A stretch of DNA of 64,000 nucleotides from Macrostomum lignano (Eukaryota). This document shows, piece by piece, positions 1-19,114 of the stretch. The stretch is from assembly GCA_002269645.1 (NCBI GenBank), contig NIVC01000022.1, positions 62,001 to 126,000 on the forward strand. The letters run 5' to 3'. Under the pieces are notes generated by a model, which saw only the letters and a list, made by a program, of their open reading frames with translations, did not search any database and was not told the DNA's origin. The stretch's first letter is position 1; the number at the start of each line of letters is the position of its first letter. The position numbers and the translations under genes were made by a program.

Positions 1-429
1 ATGTATGTTAATTGTTCAATTTCAAATTACTATTCTTGACATTATTTTATTGCATACTTGTATTTAGCTTAGCAACAGAACGTCTGTAGCGGGTTTTAGT
101 CTTATTATTAATATAGCTTGTAGATGCCGCAAAATATGATCCAGCGATAAAAATATTTTAATTGAATTGTTGAAAATGATTCTTTTGAATTCGATTTAAA
201 CTTTGCTTAAATCGTTGAATGCCTCGCCAGCCAATGACACCTTTCTGTTCAGTGTAATTAGTTAAACTTGCTTGATTCTAAATTATGTAAGCAATGTCCC
301 ATCATCTGCTTTTTATTTTTTGTCTATCAATTCGTACTTTACAATACTTCTTTTATTTGGTTTTCGTATTTGAGAATCGTTAGTCACTTCCTAGATCGGG
401 CGTTCTCTACTAGATCAGCTGATAGAGGG

Positions 430-795
430 TAATTCCCTTAGCACACCCCAATCCCAGCAATAGATAATTCCCCGAGCATGCAATGGATAATTCCCCCAGC
501 ATACCCCAATCCCAGCAATGGATAATTCCCCCATCATACCCCAATCCCAGCAATGGATAATTCCCCCAGCATATCCCAGCAATGGATAATTCCCCCAGCA
601 TATCCCAGCAATGGATAATTCCCCCAGCATATCCCAGCAATGGATAATTCCCCCAGCATATCCCAGCAATGGATAATTCCCCCAGCATATCCCAGCAATG
701 GATAATTCCCCCAGCATATCCCAGCAATGGATAATTCCCCCAGCATATCCCAGCAATGGATAATTCCCCCAGCATATCCCAGCAATGGATAATTG
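430..795 (+). repeat. 29-bp minisatellite upstream of KIF4 (ATAATTCCCCCAGCATATCCCAGCAATGG)
   Basis: Period 29 visible (601 vs 630); ends about 25 nt before the acceptor at 819-820. Confidence 0.95.
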
Positions 796-825
796 CCCCA
801 GCGAACGCCCTCCACTGCAGCTCGC

Positions 826-3800
826 ATGGGCGAAACTGTCCGAGTGGCCGTCCGCGCCCGTCCGCTGGTGCCTCGCGAGCTGGAGGACGGCTCCCAGGCC
901 TGCCTGCGCTTCGCCCCTGGCCAGCCGCAGGTGAGCTTAGGCGACAAATCATTCACCTTTGACTACGTGTTCGCGCCGCTGTGCCGGCAGAGCGCCGTGT
1001 ACGATGAGTGCGTCAGCCCGCTGCTGGACGGCGTGTTCAGGGGCATCAACGCCACGGTGCTGGCCTACGGACAGACTGGCAGCGGCAAGACCTACACTAT
1101 GGGCACTTTCTCTGCTGAGATGGGCGACTGCACTGAGGAACAGGTGGGCGACGTGTTTCCTTGCATTCTTGCATTTGTAGGCTAATGTTTTAAAGTTTTT
1201 ATATAAAATTTTCGATGCTGCCAAACATTGACAATGGTTGCTGAAGTTTTAGATAAGCTTGTAGTTTGAGGCTCTAACTTTAGTAATATATATAATGGGC
1301 AGATGTGGAACCGACAGCTCAGCCGCAGCTATTGCGCATCGCATCTGAAGGCTGCGTACGACTGTTCAGTCCAAGGTCCGAGGGGGGAGTGGGGGGTCGA
1401 CGCACGCCCCCTTAATTACCCCCGCTAATGCTGGTAGCCATTTCACAGCTGGGTGAACTGAAGCAATGCAGAGTTAAGTGTCTTGCTTAAGGACACAAAT
1501 TTTTACAAGTGGGTCGAGAATCGAACCCCCGACCTTTCAATATTAGGTTCGACGCTCTAACCACTAGGCTAAAATCTTATTTTGCTTTTCTCTCCTATAG
1601 TTGAAAGTTACCCAGACTGCCAAGCTGTATAATAAAGTACAAATAGAAAATCCCTCTGTTCTAAAAATAACAACTCGGAAATCCCCTGGTATAGTCCTAC
1701 CGCTAAAGTGAACACTCCCGCCGCCAACCGCAGCTCGGCATCATCCCCCGCGTCATCACCGACCTGTTTGACGGCATCGCCCAGCGGCCGCAGTATGAAT
1801 CCCGAGTCAGCGTCTCATTCCTTGAGATCTACAACGAGCTGATCCGGGATTTGCTTAATCCGCACGGCGGGGAACCGCTGGGCATCCGCGAGGAGCCGGG
1901 CCGGGGCATCTACATCCAGGGCCTCACGGAGCAGGAGGTCGTGTCCGCCCAGCAGATCAGCCGCTGTCTGGCTGATGGCGCAGACAGTCGGGTAGTCGGC
2001 CAGACTGCTATGAATGAGCGGTGAGTAGCATTTGAGACTGGCTGCCGCTTGTACTATTGTAGTCATGGAGACCGCTATACTGGTTATAGTATAGCGGTCT
2101 CCATGACTCCATGACGGTCTCCAAGACAGTCACAGGCCCCATCACTAAAACACTCACATACCATCACTAAGACACTCACAGACCCCATCACTAAGACACT
2201 CACAGACCTCATCACTAAAACACTCACAGACCTCATCACTAAGACACTCACAGACCATCACTAAGACACTCACAGACCTCATCACTAAAACACTCACAGA
2301 CCCCATCACTAAGACACTCACAGACCATCACTAAGACACTCACAGACCTCATCACTAAGACACTCACAGACCATCACTAAAACACTCACAGACCCCATCA
2401 CTAAGACACTCACAGACCATCACTAAAACACTCACAGACCCCATCACTAAGACAGTCACAGGCCCCATCACTAACACACTCACAGACCATCACTAAGACA
2501 CTCACAGACCCCATCACTAAGACACTCACAGACCTCATCACTAACACATTCACAGACCCCATCACTAAGACATTCACAGATCCCATCACTAACACATTCA
2601 CAGACCTCATCACTAACACTCACAGACCTCATCACTAACACTCACAGACCCCATCACTAACACATTCACAGACCCCATCACTAAGACAGGCACAGACCCC
2701 ATCACTAAGACAGGCACAGACCCCATCACTAAGACACTCACAGACCCCATCACTAACAGTCACAGACCCCATCACTAAGACACTCACAGACCTCATCACT
2801 AAGACATTCACAGACCCCATCACTAACAGTCACAGACCCCATCACTAAAACACTCACAGACCCCATCACTAAGACAGGCACAGACCCCATCACTAAGACA
2901 GGCACAGACCCCATCACTAACAGTCACAGACCCCATCACTAAGACATTCACAGATCCCATCACTAACACATTCACAGACCCCATCACTAACACATTCACA
3001 GACCCCATCACTAACACATTCACAGACCCCATCACTAAGACAGGCACAGACCCCATCACTAAGACAGGCACAGACCCCATCACTAACAGTCACAGACCCC
3101 ATCACTAAGACATTCACAGACCCCATCACTAAGACAGGCACAGACCCCATCACTAACAGTCACAGACCCCATCACTAAGACATTCACAGATCCCATCACT
3201 AACACATTCACAGACCCCATCACTAACACATTCACAGACCCCATCACTAACACATTCACAGACCCCAACACTAACACATTCACAGACCCCATCACTAACA
3301 CATTCACAGACCCCATCACTAAGACAGGCACAGACCCCATCACTAAGACAGGCACAGACCCCATCACTAACAGTCACAGACCCCATCACTAAGACACTCA
3401 CAGACCTCATCACTAACACATTCACAGACCTCATCACTAACACTCACAGACCCCAACACTAACACATTCACAGACCCCATCACTAAGACAGGCACAGACC
3501 CCATCACTAAGACACTCACAGACCTCATCACTAAGACATTCACAGACCCCATCACTAACACATTCACAGACCTCATCACTAACACATTCACAGACCTCAT
3601 CACTAACACAGTCATGGGTCATATCGCTAACACGGTCATGGATGAAAGACAGTGACATTAGGAAGCCCTTAACAAACCGCAGGTCCAGCCGCAGCCACGC
3701 CATATTCACGGTGCACCTGAGCATGCAGCACCGGGACGTGCCCGAAGACGCGCTGTCAGCCAAATTTCACCTGGTGGACCTGGCCGGCTCGGAGCGGGCC

Positions 3801-6800
3801 AAGAAGACCCAGGCGGAGGGCGAGCGATTCCGCGAGGGCATCAACATCAACATGGGCCTGTCCTGCCTAGGCAACGTCATCAGCGCCCTGTGCCGGCACA
3901 GCTCGCACGTGCCCTACAGAGACTCCAAGCTGACCCGCCTGCTGCAGGACTCGCTGGGCGGCAACAGTCGGACTCTCATGATCGCCTGCGTCAGCCCGGC
4001 CGACACCAACTTTGAGGAGACGCTGAACACACTGCGCTACGCTGACAGGGCCAGGCAGATTAAGAATAAGCCCGTGGTTAACCGGGACCCGCAGCAGGCC
4101 GAGATACTTAGGCTGAGGGAGACTGTGCGGCTGTTGAAGTCCAGGCTTAACCAGGACGAGGTGGCTGAGGTGAGGACTTGCTGCTGTACACCTGGCTTTA
4201 AAGTGTGTGAGCCAGCTGAGAATCTCAGGGATTGAAGGCCTCAGCTGAGTATCTCAGGGGTTGAAGGCCTCAGCTGAATATCTCAGGGATTGAAGGCCTC
4301 AGCTGAGTATCTCAGGAGTTAAAGGCCTCAGCTGAGTATCTCAGGGATTGAAGGCCTCAGCTGAGTATCTCAGGGGTTGAAGGCCTCAGCTGAGTATCTC
4401 AGGGATTGAAGGCCTCAGCTGAGTATCTCAGGGATTGAAGGCCTCAGCTGAGTATCTCAGGGATTGAAGGCCTCAGCTGAGTATCTCAGGAGTTAAAGGC
4501 CTCAGCTGAGTATCTTAGGAGTTAAAGGCCTCAGCTGAGTATCTCAGGAGTTAAAGGCCTCAGCTGAGTATCTCAGGAGTTAAAGGCCTCAGCTGAGTAT
4601 CTCAGGGATTGAAGGCCTCAGCTGAGTATCTCAGGGATTGAAGGCCTCAGCTGAGCATCTCAGGGATTGAAGGCCTCAGCTGAGTATCTCAGGGATTGAA
4701 GGCCTCAGCTGAGTATCTCAGGAGTTAAAGGCCTCAGCTGAGTATCTCAGGGATTGAAGGCCTCAGCTGAGTATCCCAGGGATTGAAGGCCTCAGCTGAG
4801 TATCCCAGGGATTGAAGGCCTCAGCTGAGTATCCCAGGTATTGAAGGCCTCAGCTGAGTATCTCAGGGATTGAAGGCCTCAGCTGAGTATCTCAGGAGTT
4901 AAAGGCCTCAGCTGAGTATCTCAGAGATTGAAAGCCTCAGCTAAGTATCTCAGAGATTGAAGGCCTCAACAGGGATTGAAGTCCTCAGCTGAGGTGACGG
5001 AAGCAGGCTGGGTAGCTGCGGCAGTGGGTATTTTATAATCCATTTGAATCTGCAGATCGAGCAGCAGGTGAGCGCAGAAACTCTACTCGGCGGCCCCGAG
5101 GCGGCTGCCGGTGCCGGCACCGCGCTGCCAGCCGCCCTCAGCTCCGTTGGCTGCTCGGTGTGCGCCTCAGGCAGCGTGGTCTCCGCGGCCGAGTACCAGA
5201 AGGTCTGCGACCGCTGTCGCCAGCTGTCGGCCGAGAACAAAGACCTGACAGAGCAGGCCGGCAAGGCGGTGGACCAGGCCACGCAGCTGTACATGTCCAT
5301 GACGGTGCTGGAGCACGTGCAGGACGTGATGCTCAGCCGATTGGAGAAGTGGAAGGCCCAGCTAGCCGCCCTGAGCGGCTCCTGCAATCAGCTGGCACTG
5401 AAAGATGTCCAGCGGATGGTGCAGACGGTGCTGACTGCCGCCGCCGTGTCCGCAACAGCCGGTGCCGACGCAGCATTCTGCTCAACCAACGCTTCGGCTG
5501 CGGCCGCTGCTGTCGCCATGGAATGCGACGAGGTGAGCAGAGCGTGCCGCTCACCTGACCCACTCCGATATCCAAGTGCCGCTCACCTGACCCACTCCGA
5601 TATCCAAGTGCCGCTCACCTGACCCACTCCGATATCCAAGTGCCGCTCACCTGACCCACTCCGATATCCAAGTGCCGCTCACCTGACCCACTCCGATATC
5701 CAAGTGCCGCTCACCTGACCCACTCCGATATCCAAGTGCCGCTCACCTGACCCACTCCGATATCCAAGTGCCGCTCACCTGACCCACTCCGATATCCAAG
5801 TGCCGCTCACCTGACCCACTCCGATATCCAAGTGCCGCTCACCTGACCCACTCCGATATCCAAGTGCCGCTCACCTGACCCACTCCGATATCCAAGTGCC
5901 GCTCACCTGACCCACTCCGATATCCAAGTGCCGCTCACCTGACCCACTCCGATATCCAAGTGCCGCTCACCTGACCCACTCCGATATCCAAGTGCCGCTC
6001 ACCTGACCCACTCCGATATCCAAGTGCCGCTCACCTGACCGACTCACTTGTCACACTTACTCAATCCGCTGCCCCACGCTCCAGAGCGGCAACAGGGCCC
6101 ACACCAGCGGTGCAGCCTCCGACTCGGAGGAGGCTGATGACGATGATGACGAGGAGGACGACGAAGACGAAGACGACGTGGAAGAGGAGCTGCTGCGCGA
6201 CCCGCTGCTTAACGAGAAGAAGACCCGCTTCAACCAGGAGATGGAGCGGCTCAAGTCGCAGATGTCGGACACGATGAACGCCATCGCCAAGCTGTCGCAC
6301 AATCCGCGCCAGGACGAGGCCCGCTACGAGGCGCAGATCAAGGAGCTGGAGGAGCGAATCAACAAGTTGGAGGCCGAGCGGACGGAGCTGCTCAGGCAGG
6401 CCAACGACGCCCGGCAGGCTGAGGTACGGAAGGCGAAGCTGCGCGAGCTCGAGGCCAAGCTGGCCGACGCCAGGCGGGAGCTGACCGACTACAATAGGAT
6501 GAAGCGGGAGAAGGAGAAGCGGGACCTGGAGATGGGCCGGCTGAAGGAGGATATGCAGAAACTGAAGCAGACTCAGGTGAGAGAGACTCTTTGTGATTAT
6601 TTTTGGCGTGATATCTCCAATTGAGATGAGGAGCGATTCTGATGTGCAGTTATGAAGTGATGAGATATTGACCTGTCAGTCTAAAGGGCTGGGTGAGATT
6701 TTGATAGGTCATTCTGTAGGCTAGGGTGAGACTTTGATGAGTCATTCCGTAGGCTAGGGTGAGATTTTGATCAGTCATTCTGTAGTGGTGGGTGAGATTT

Positions 6801-9800
6801 TGATGTGTCATTCTGTAGGATAAGGTGAGATTTTGATGCGTCATTCTGTGGCATAGGGTGAGATTTTGATGCGTCATTCTGTAGGATAGGGTGAGATTTT
6901 GATGCGTCATTCTGTAGGATAGGGTGAGATTTTGATGCGTCATTCTGTAGGATAGGGTGAGATTTTGATGCGTCATTCTGTAGGATAGGGTGAGATTTTG
7001 ATGCGTCATTCTGTAGGATAGGGTGAGATTTTGATGCGTCATTCTGTAGGATAGGGTGAGATTTTGATGCGTCATTCTGTAGGATAGGGTGAGATTTTGA
7101 TGCGGCATTCTGTAGTGATGGGTGAGATTGATTTTGACACGTCATTCTGTAGCATAGGGTGAGATTTTGATGGGCCATTCTGCTTAGAGGTAAGTTGGAA
7201 CTTCCCTCCAGTAATTCTGAAAGGAGCTTCTGTGCAAAGTAGTTAGCATACTTGCCCGCTATTCATGATGACAGAAGCGATATTTTAAGGGCCGCAGCTG
7301 CGCCGCTCGCCAATCTCCGCGCTGTCCCCCTTCGCGGGTGAGCTGCATTGGAGTCTGATGATGCGGCCGCTGGAGCTCTGGTGAAATTTTTAACTATAAT
7401 GCAGCTTTGTCTGAAACTCAAAGTAATTTTTATGTACCCAAAGCCACCTAACCTGTGGCTTATCAGCTAAGCCCCTCACCTGTCCGCAGGTGCGCCTGGT
7501 CAAGCAGATGCACGCCGACTCCATGGAGAACCGGCGGCGCCACCTGCAAAAGGACGCCCAGCTGCGCCAGCAGCAGGCCTCGCTGCGCCGCAAAGACGCC
7601 GAAACCGTAAGGATGCGCCAGCAGTACGAGAAACAGCTGGCAGTTGCTAAGCGACGCGGCGACGAGATGAGCAAACACCTGCGCACTCAGCGGCAGCGGG
7701 AGCAGCAGCTGGCGGTTGAGCGGCTAGCCGGCAGCTCGGCTTCTGGCGGCACCGCGAGCAGCTGCGAGCTGGTTCAGGTGAGACTGGCTCTGGCTGTCTG
7801 GTTTATCAGCCATTTGCCTTCCTCTCCAGTCTCCCGTGAGAGTCGCCCATCAGTCTATCAGATTCGCCTTCCTCTCCAGTCTCCCGTGAGAGTCGCCCAT
7901 CAGTCTAATCAGATTCGCCTTCCTCTCCAGTCTCCCCTGAGAGTCGCCCATCAGTCTATCAGATTCGCCTTCCTCTCCAGTCTCCCGTGAGAGTCGCCCA
8001 TCAGTCTATCAGATTCGCCTTCCTCTCCAGTCTCCCCTGAGAGTCGCCCATCAGTCTATCAGATTCGCCTTCCTCTCGAGTCTCCCGTGAGAGTCGCCCA
8101 TCAGTCTATCAGATTCGCCTTCCTCTCGAGTCTCCCGTGAGAGTCGCCCATCAGTCTATCAGATTCGCCTTCCTCTCCAGTCTCCCGTGAGAGTCGCCCA
8201 TCAGTCTATCAGATTCGCCTTCCTCTCCAGTCTCCCGTGAGAGTCGCCCATCAGTCTAATCAGATTCGCCTTCCTCTCCAGTCTCCCGTGAGAGTCGCCC
8301 ATCAGTCTATCAGATTCGCCTTCCTCTCGAGTCTCCCGTGAGAGTCGCCCATCAGTCTATCAGATTCGCCTTCCTCTCGAGTCTCCCGTGAGAGTCGCCC
8401 ATCAGTCTATCAGATTCGCCTTCATCTCCAGTCTCCCGTGAGAGTCGCCCATCAGTCTATCAGATTCGCCTTCATCTCCAGTCTCCCGTGAGAGTCGCCC
8501 ATCAGTCTATCAGATTCGCCTTCCTCTCAAGTCTCCCGTGAGAGTCGCCCATCAGTCTATCAGATTCGCCTTCATCTCCAGTCTCCCGTGAGAGTCGCCC
8601 ATCAATCTATCAGATTCGCCTTCCTCTCGAGTCTCCCGTGAGAGTCGCCCATCAGTCTAACCAAATTCGCCTTCCTCTCCAGTCTCCCGTGAGAGTTGCC
8701 CATCAGTTTATCAGCCATTTGCCTTCCTCTCCAGTCTCCCGTGAGAGTTGCCCATCAGTTTATCAGCCATTTGCCTTCCTCTCCAGTCTCCCGTGAGAGT
8801 TGCCCATCAGTTTATCAGCCATTTGCCTTTCTCTCCTCGCTACTAGTTGGTAGGCAATCTTTTCTAGTCTCCAGCCACCACTAATTTGACCTGCGCTCGC
8901 CTTGCAGGGCCGCCTGGCCGCTCTGCTAGCCGACGAGATGGAAGGCGCCGTGGCCTCGGCCGACATGCGCCGCCACCTGGAGCTGCGCATGGAGGAGCGG
9001 CGCAAGGCCACAGCCGCCGGCAACCAGGCCGCAGTGGACGCTCTGAACGAGCAGATCAGCCAGCTGCAGTCCATGATCTCCGCTGCCCCGGCTCCGGACT
9101 CCTCTGAGCACCGGAGTCGCTTGACTAACAGCGTCAAGTCTTTGACTGAGGCTCGGCTTCTACTTAGCGAAGTGTTTCAGCGAGCCGTGGAGGCTCGGGT
9201 GGCAGCGAATGCGGCGGAGTCCGGGCTCAAGGAGGTGCGGGATGAGCTGGAGCAGGTTCAGGCCAAGGTCACCGTTCTGGAGAAGAGGGTAAGTGTGTAT
9301 ATTGTACATGTATTGCTGCTGAAACATTGCTCAGTTCCGGGCTGGAAGAATGTAGCTCAGTTCCGTAATGGAAGAATGTAGCTCAGTTCCAGGCTGGAAG
9401 AATGTAGCTCAGTTCCGTAATGGAAGAATGTAGCTCAGTTCCAGGCTGGAAGAATGTAGCTCAGTTCCGTAATGGAAGAATGTAGCTCAGTTCCGTAATG
9501 GAAGAATGTAGCTCAGTTCCGTAATGGAAGAATGTAGCTCAGTTCCGGGATGGAAGAATGTGGCTCAGTTCCAGGCTGGAAGAATGTAGCTCAGTTCCAG
9601 GCTGGAAGAATGTAGCTCAGTTCCGTAATGGAAGAATGTAGCTCAGTTCCAGGCTGGAAGAATGTAGCTCAGTTCCGGGATGGAAGAATGTAGCTCAGTT
9701 CCGGGATGGAAGAATGTAGCTCAGTTCCAGGCTGGAAGAATGTAGCTCAGTTCCAGGCTGGAAGAATGTAGCTCAGTTCCAGGCTGGAAGAATGTAGCTC

Positions 9801-10774
9801 AGTTCCAGCTTGGAGAAAACTGCAGTCAGTTCAGTTCCACGCTAGAATGTGGCTGTCATTGAACTCACGAAAACATTTTGCAGAAAAACCGCGAAAGCTT
9901 CGGCGTCGCCGGCCTGGCTTCGGCAGCGGCGGAGAAGCTCAACGCCTCGCTGGGAGGCGGCAACACCAGCGCGCTCGGCGGCGGCCAGCGTCAGTCGAAG
10001 CGCCGTCGGGAGTCGCGGCTGTCCTGCCGAGTGGAGCTGCTGGACACCTTCCAGCTCATGGCCGAGGAGCGGCTGCCCAGCTTCGACGAGACGCCCGAGG
10101 TGGAGGCCGAGCTCAGTAAGCCGAACGCCATCCTGAAGACGCCGCCGCCCGCGATACCGGAAGCGAAGCCGGAAGCCGATGGCGCGAAGGCGGACCAGCC
10201 AGACGGAGAGGACGGCGGCCTGAATGCCACGCTGAATGCGCTTCAGGCCTCGCTGCAGCAGTCAGCAAGGCGGATCCGGGAGCGGGGCCGGAGCAACTTT
10301 CCCCAGCTGCAGGCCCAGCTGCGTCCAGCCGAGGCGGCGTCTTCGTCAGGCAACGGCAGGCTGAGCGACGCCAGTGCCGGCAGCAGTCGCGGCTGCAAGT
10401 GCCGCTCGGATTGCAGCACGTCGCGATGCGGCTGCCGGCGCAGCGGCAGCGACTGCGGCCAGCTGTGCAAGTGCGCCATCGGCCAGTGCGTCAACGCCAC
10501 GACTGGCTCCGCCGCCGCCGCCGCCGCCGGCAATGCGACTTTCTGCCTGGAGTCGGACAGCAGCGAGGAAGTCGCCGCCGGGGAGGGCAAGGAGAACACG
10601 GCAGAACCGGCCACGGCGGCGGCGGCCAAATCAAAGCGAGCCGCGCCGTCGGACGTCAGCGAGAAGCTGAACGCAACATTCGACTTGCCTTCGACTTCGA
10701 CGGGCTCCACCGCTGCCGCCGAGGATCGCAAACGACAAAAACTGGGGGGCAGCTGTAAGGATGTCAGCAAGTAA
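826..10774 (+). CDS. KIF4: Kinesin-4 family chromokinesin (KIF4-like), 8 exons, ~1206 aa
   Basis: Exons 826-1143, 1734-2020, 3683-4169, 5056-5532, 6085-6576, 7490-7777, 8908-9288, 9884-10774; all GT-AG and phase-consistent. Motor motifs: YGQTGSGKT (P-loop), [14 protein letters not shown] (switch I), DLAGSER (switch II), [21 protein letters not shown]. Coiled-coil stalk follows. C-terminal Cys cluster [27 protein letters not shown] is typical of KIF4. Confidence 0.92.
1293..1571 (-). mobile_element. tRNA-derived SINE with CORE-like central domain, copy 1 (KIF4 intron 1)
   Basis: Reverse complement has A box TAGCCTAGTGG and B box GGTTCGATTC, and aligns along its length with the copy at 55361-55660. 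Confidence 0.8.
2127..3610 (+). repeat. 24/22-bp minisatellite, KIF4 intron 2 (CACAGACCCCATCACTAAGACACT)
   Basis: Period 24 (2161 vs 2185), with 22-bp deletion variants and block duplications. Confidence 0.95.
4212..4995 (+). repeat. 29-bp minisatellite, KIF4 intron 3 (AGGCCTCAGCTGAGTATCTCAGGGATTGA)
   Basis: Period 29 (4381 vs 4410). Confidence 0.95.
5543..6042 (+). repeat. 32-bp minisatellite, KIF4 intron 4 (GCTCACCTGACCCACTCCGATATCCAAGTGCC)
   Basis: Near-perfect copies, period 32 (5581 vs 5613). Confidence 0.95.
6655..7185 (+). repeat. 33-bp minisatellite, KIF4 intron 5 (GTCATTCTGTAGGATAGGGTGAGATTTTGATGC)
   Basis: Period 33, with degenerate edge copies. Confidence 0.95.
7800..8835 (+). 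repeat. 50-bp minisatellite, KIF4 intron 6
   Basis: Unit TCAGTCTATCAGATTCGCCTTCCTCTCCAGTCTCCCGTGAGAGTCGCCCA, period 50 (8101 vs 8151). Confidence 0.95.
9328..9815 (+). repeat. 26-bp minisatellite, KIF4 intron 7 (AGCTCAGTTCCAGGCTGGAAGAATGT)
   Basis: Period 26 (9361 vs 9387), with three interleaved unit variants. Confidence 0.95.
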
Positions 10775-10864
10775 ATTTGGTGCCTCGGTTTCTAGGAATT
10801 TATAATTGAGTCCAAATTTTAACCCGTTTATCTCCATTCAAAATGGAATGCCCCTCGATTGACG

Positions 10865-11190
10865 CCACTAGAATCCCACCCATTCACGCTAGAAAGCCAC
10901 TCCATTCACGCTAGAATATACCACTCCATTCACGCTAGAATATACCACTCCGTTCACGCTAGAAAGCCACTCCATTCACGCTAGAAAGCCACTCCATTCA
11001 CGCTAGAATATACCACTCCATTCACGCTTGAATATACCACTCCATTCACGCTAGAATACCACTCCATTCACGCTAGAGTATACCACTCCATTCACGCTAG
11101 AGTACCAGTTAATTCACGCTAGAAAGCCACCCCATTCACGCTAGAATACCACTCCATTCACGCTAGAAAGCCACTCCATTCACGCTGCAA
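10865..11190 (+). repeat. 22/24-bp minisatellite 3' of KIF4 (CCACTCCATTCACGCTAGAA..)
   Basis: Tandem copies starting about 90 nt after the KIF4 stop. Confidence 0.9.
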
Positions 11191-12124
11191 TGTATTGCCA
11201 TCACTTAGCAAATCTTTTGTTGTGCGCTCCGTGCTGTGGCAATTTTTATTATTTGAACGTATATTAACTGATGAGCAATTAAAAGCTTGCAATATTCGTT
11301 TTACTATCACTAAAGTACAAAGTCAACATTTATCATCGCTGCTTTAATTGAAGCTGTCAAAGATTCTTATGCAATTTGTTTATTTTTGAACCAACTTTTC
11401 AACTTTCCTGCATTCTTCTAACTTTAATTTTCAGTACTTATGAGCTGCTAAATTCTGCTCCCGGGTGCTTCAGTATTGCAAACTGATCTTTTAAGCCATC
11501 GGAATGTGCTCAGCGAATGCATTTGCCAATGCCACACTATTCAACTGTTTTTAACTTACCTTTTTTCAGTATCCAAATTTTATTCCCCAGAAACAATCTG
11601 TTTCCCATCAGCTGATGCAATTTTCTGTCAAGTTGTGTTCCTTTAAAATTCCGTCTAGGCTTAATATCAACCGCTTTTGTGTACATTTTTCTTTTATTGC
11701 TGTTATGCTTGTCACCGATTGTCCGCTGATCAACCGTCTATTGCCGCCAGGTGCTGAAGGCTCACAGAACCAACGGGTAGAATTTCAACAATATCATTGC
11801 TGCTCATTAAATTATTCTTAGAAAATGATAAGCTTGTATTTATTAGCAAACTATTGTTTGTCTCTGGAGTTGATTTCTTTCAATTTGCTTTTCCGAATAA
11901 TGATTTATGGCTAGCTGGGGCCGGACTCGAATGATGACGGAAGCGATACTTTGAGGAGCGAATCGGTTGCCATGCTGGACTCGAGCTGCTGCTACCTGTC
12001 TGTGTGCTCAGCTTTTGAGTCCGGCTTGGCGACCGCCTCCGATGCGATGCATCCGGTGATTGGCGGTGACCGCCCACTGGCGCACCGTCCTGACTGCCGG
12101 CTCCTAGGATTGCGCTGGCTTGAC

Positions 12125-12645
12125 CTGCCCAGATCCCCAGTTGCTGGGCCAGCCTCCCAGAGTGTCAGTTGCTGGGCCAGCCTCCCAGATCCCCAGTTGC
12201 TGGGCCAGCCTCCCAGATCCTCAGTTGCTGGGCCAGCCTCCCAGATCCCCAGTTGCTGGGCCAGCCTCCCAGAGTGTCAGTTGCTGGGCCAGCCTCCCAG
12301 ATCCCCAGTTGCTGGGCCAGCCTCCCAGATCCTCAGTTGCTGGGCCAGCCTCCCAGAGTGTCAGTTGCTGGGCCAGCCTCCCAGAGTGTCAGTTGCTGGG
12401 CCAGCCTCCCAGATCCCCAGTTGCTGGGCCAGCCTCCCAGATCCTCAGTTGCTGGGCCAGCCTCCCAGATCCCCAGTTGCTGGGCCAGCCTCCCAGATCC
12501 TCAGTTGCTGGGCCAGCCTCCCAGATCCCCAGTTGCTGGGCCAGCCTCCCAGATCCTCAGTTGCTAGGCCAGCCTCCCAGATCCTCAGTTGCTGGGCCAG
12601 CCTCCCAGATCCTCAGTTGCTGGGTGAGCCTCCCAGATCCTGAGT
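12125..12645 (+). repeat. 28-bp satellite family A (CCAGCCTCCCAGATCCTCAGTTGCTGGG), locus 1, upstream of CEP131 exon 12773
   Basis: About 18 copies; same unit as 20195-20520 and as the reverse complement of 53050-54215. Confidence 0.95.
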
Positions 12646-12772
12646 TTTCCATATGATTCAGCACTCAGTCCTTCCAAACTGTTCCACATAGCACAACAAA
12701 AGTGATACGCTATTCTCAGCAGTGTACTCGCATGCAGCCATTATGATGATATAACTGCCCCCTGCATTGCAG

Positions 12773-19114
<6,342 letters not shown>

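Noticed and set aside
5056-5075. 12-nt microexon in KIF4 (CAG/gtgagc at 5067)
   Set aside because: The frame stays open with coding-like composition to the donor at 5533; no downstream acceptor is needed.
7355-7400. Hammerhead ribozyme cores (CTGATGA at 7355 and 11268)
   Set aside because: No G-C closed stem II followed by GAAA, and no matching stems I and III.
11960-11985. X-box promoter for CEP131 (GTTGCCATG)
   Set aside because: Only one half matches the consensus; the second half (CTGGAC) does not.
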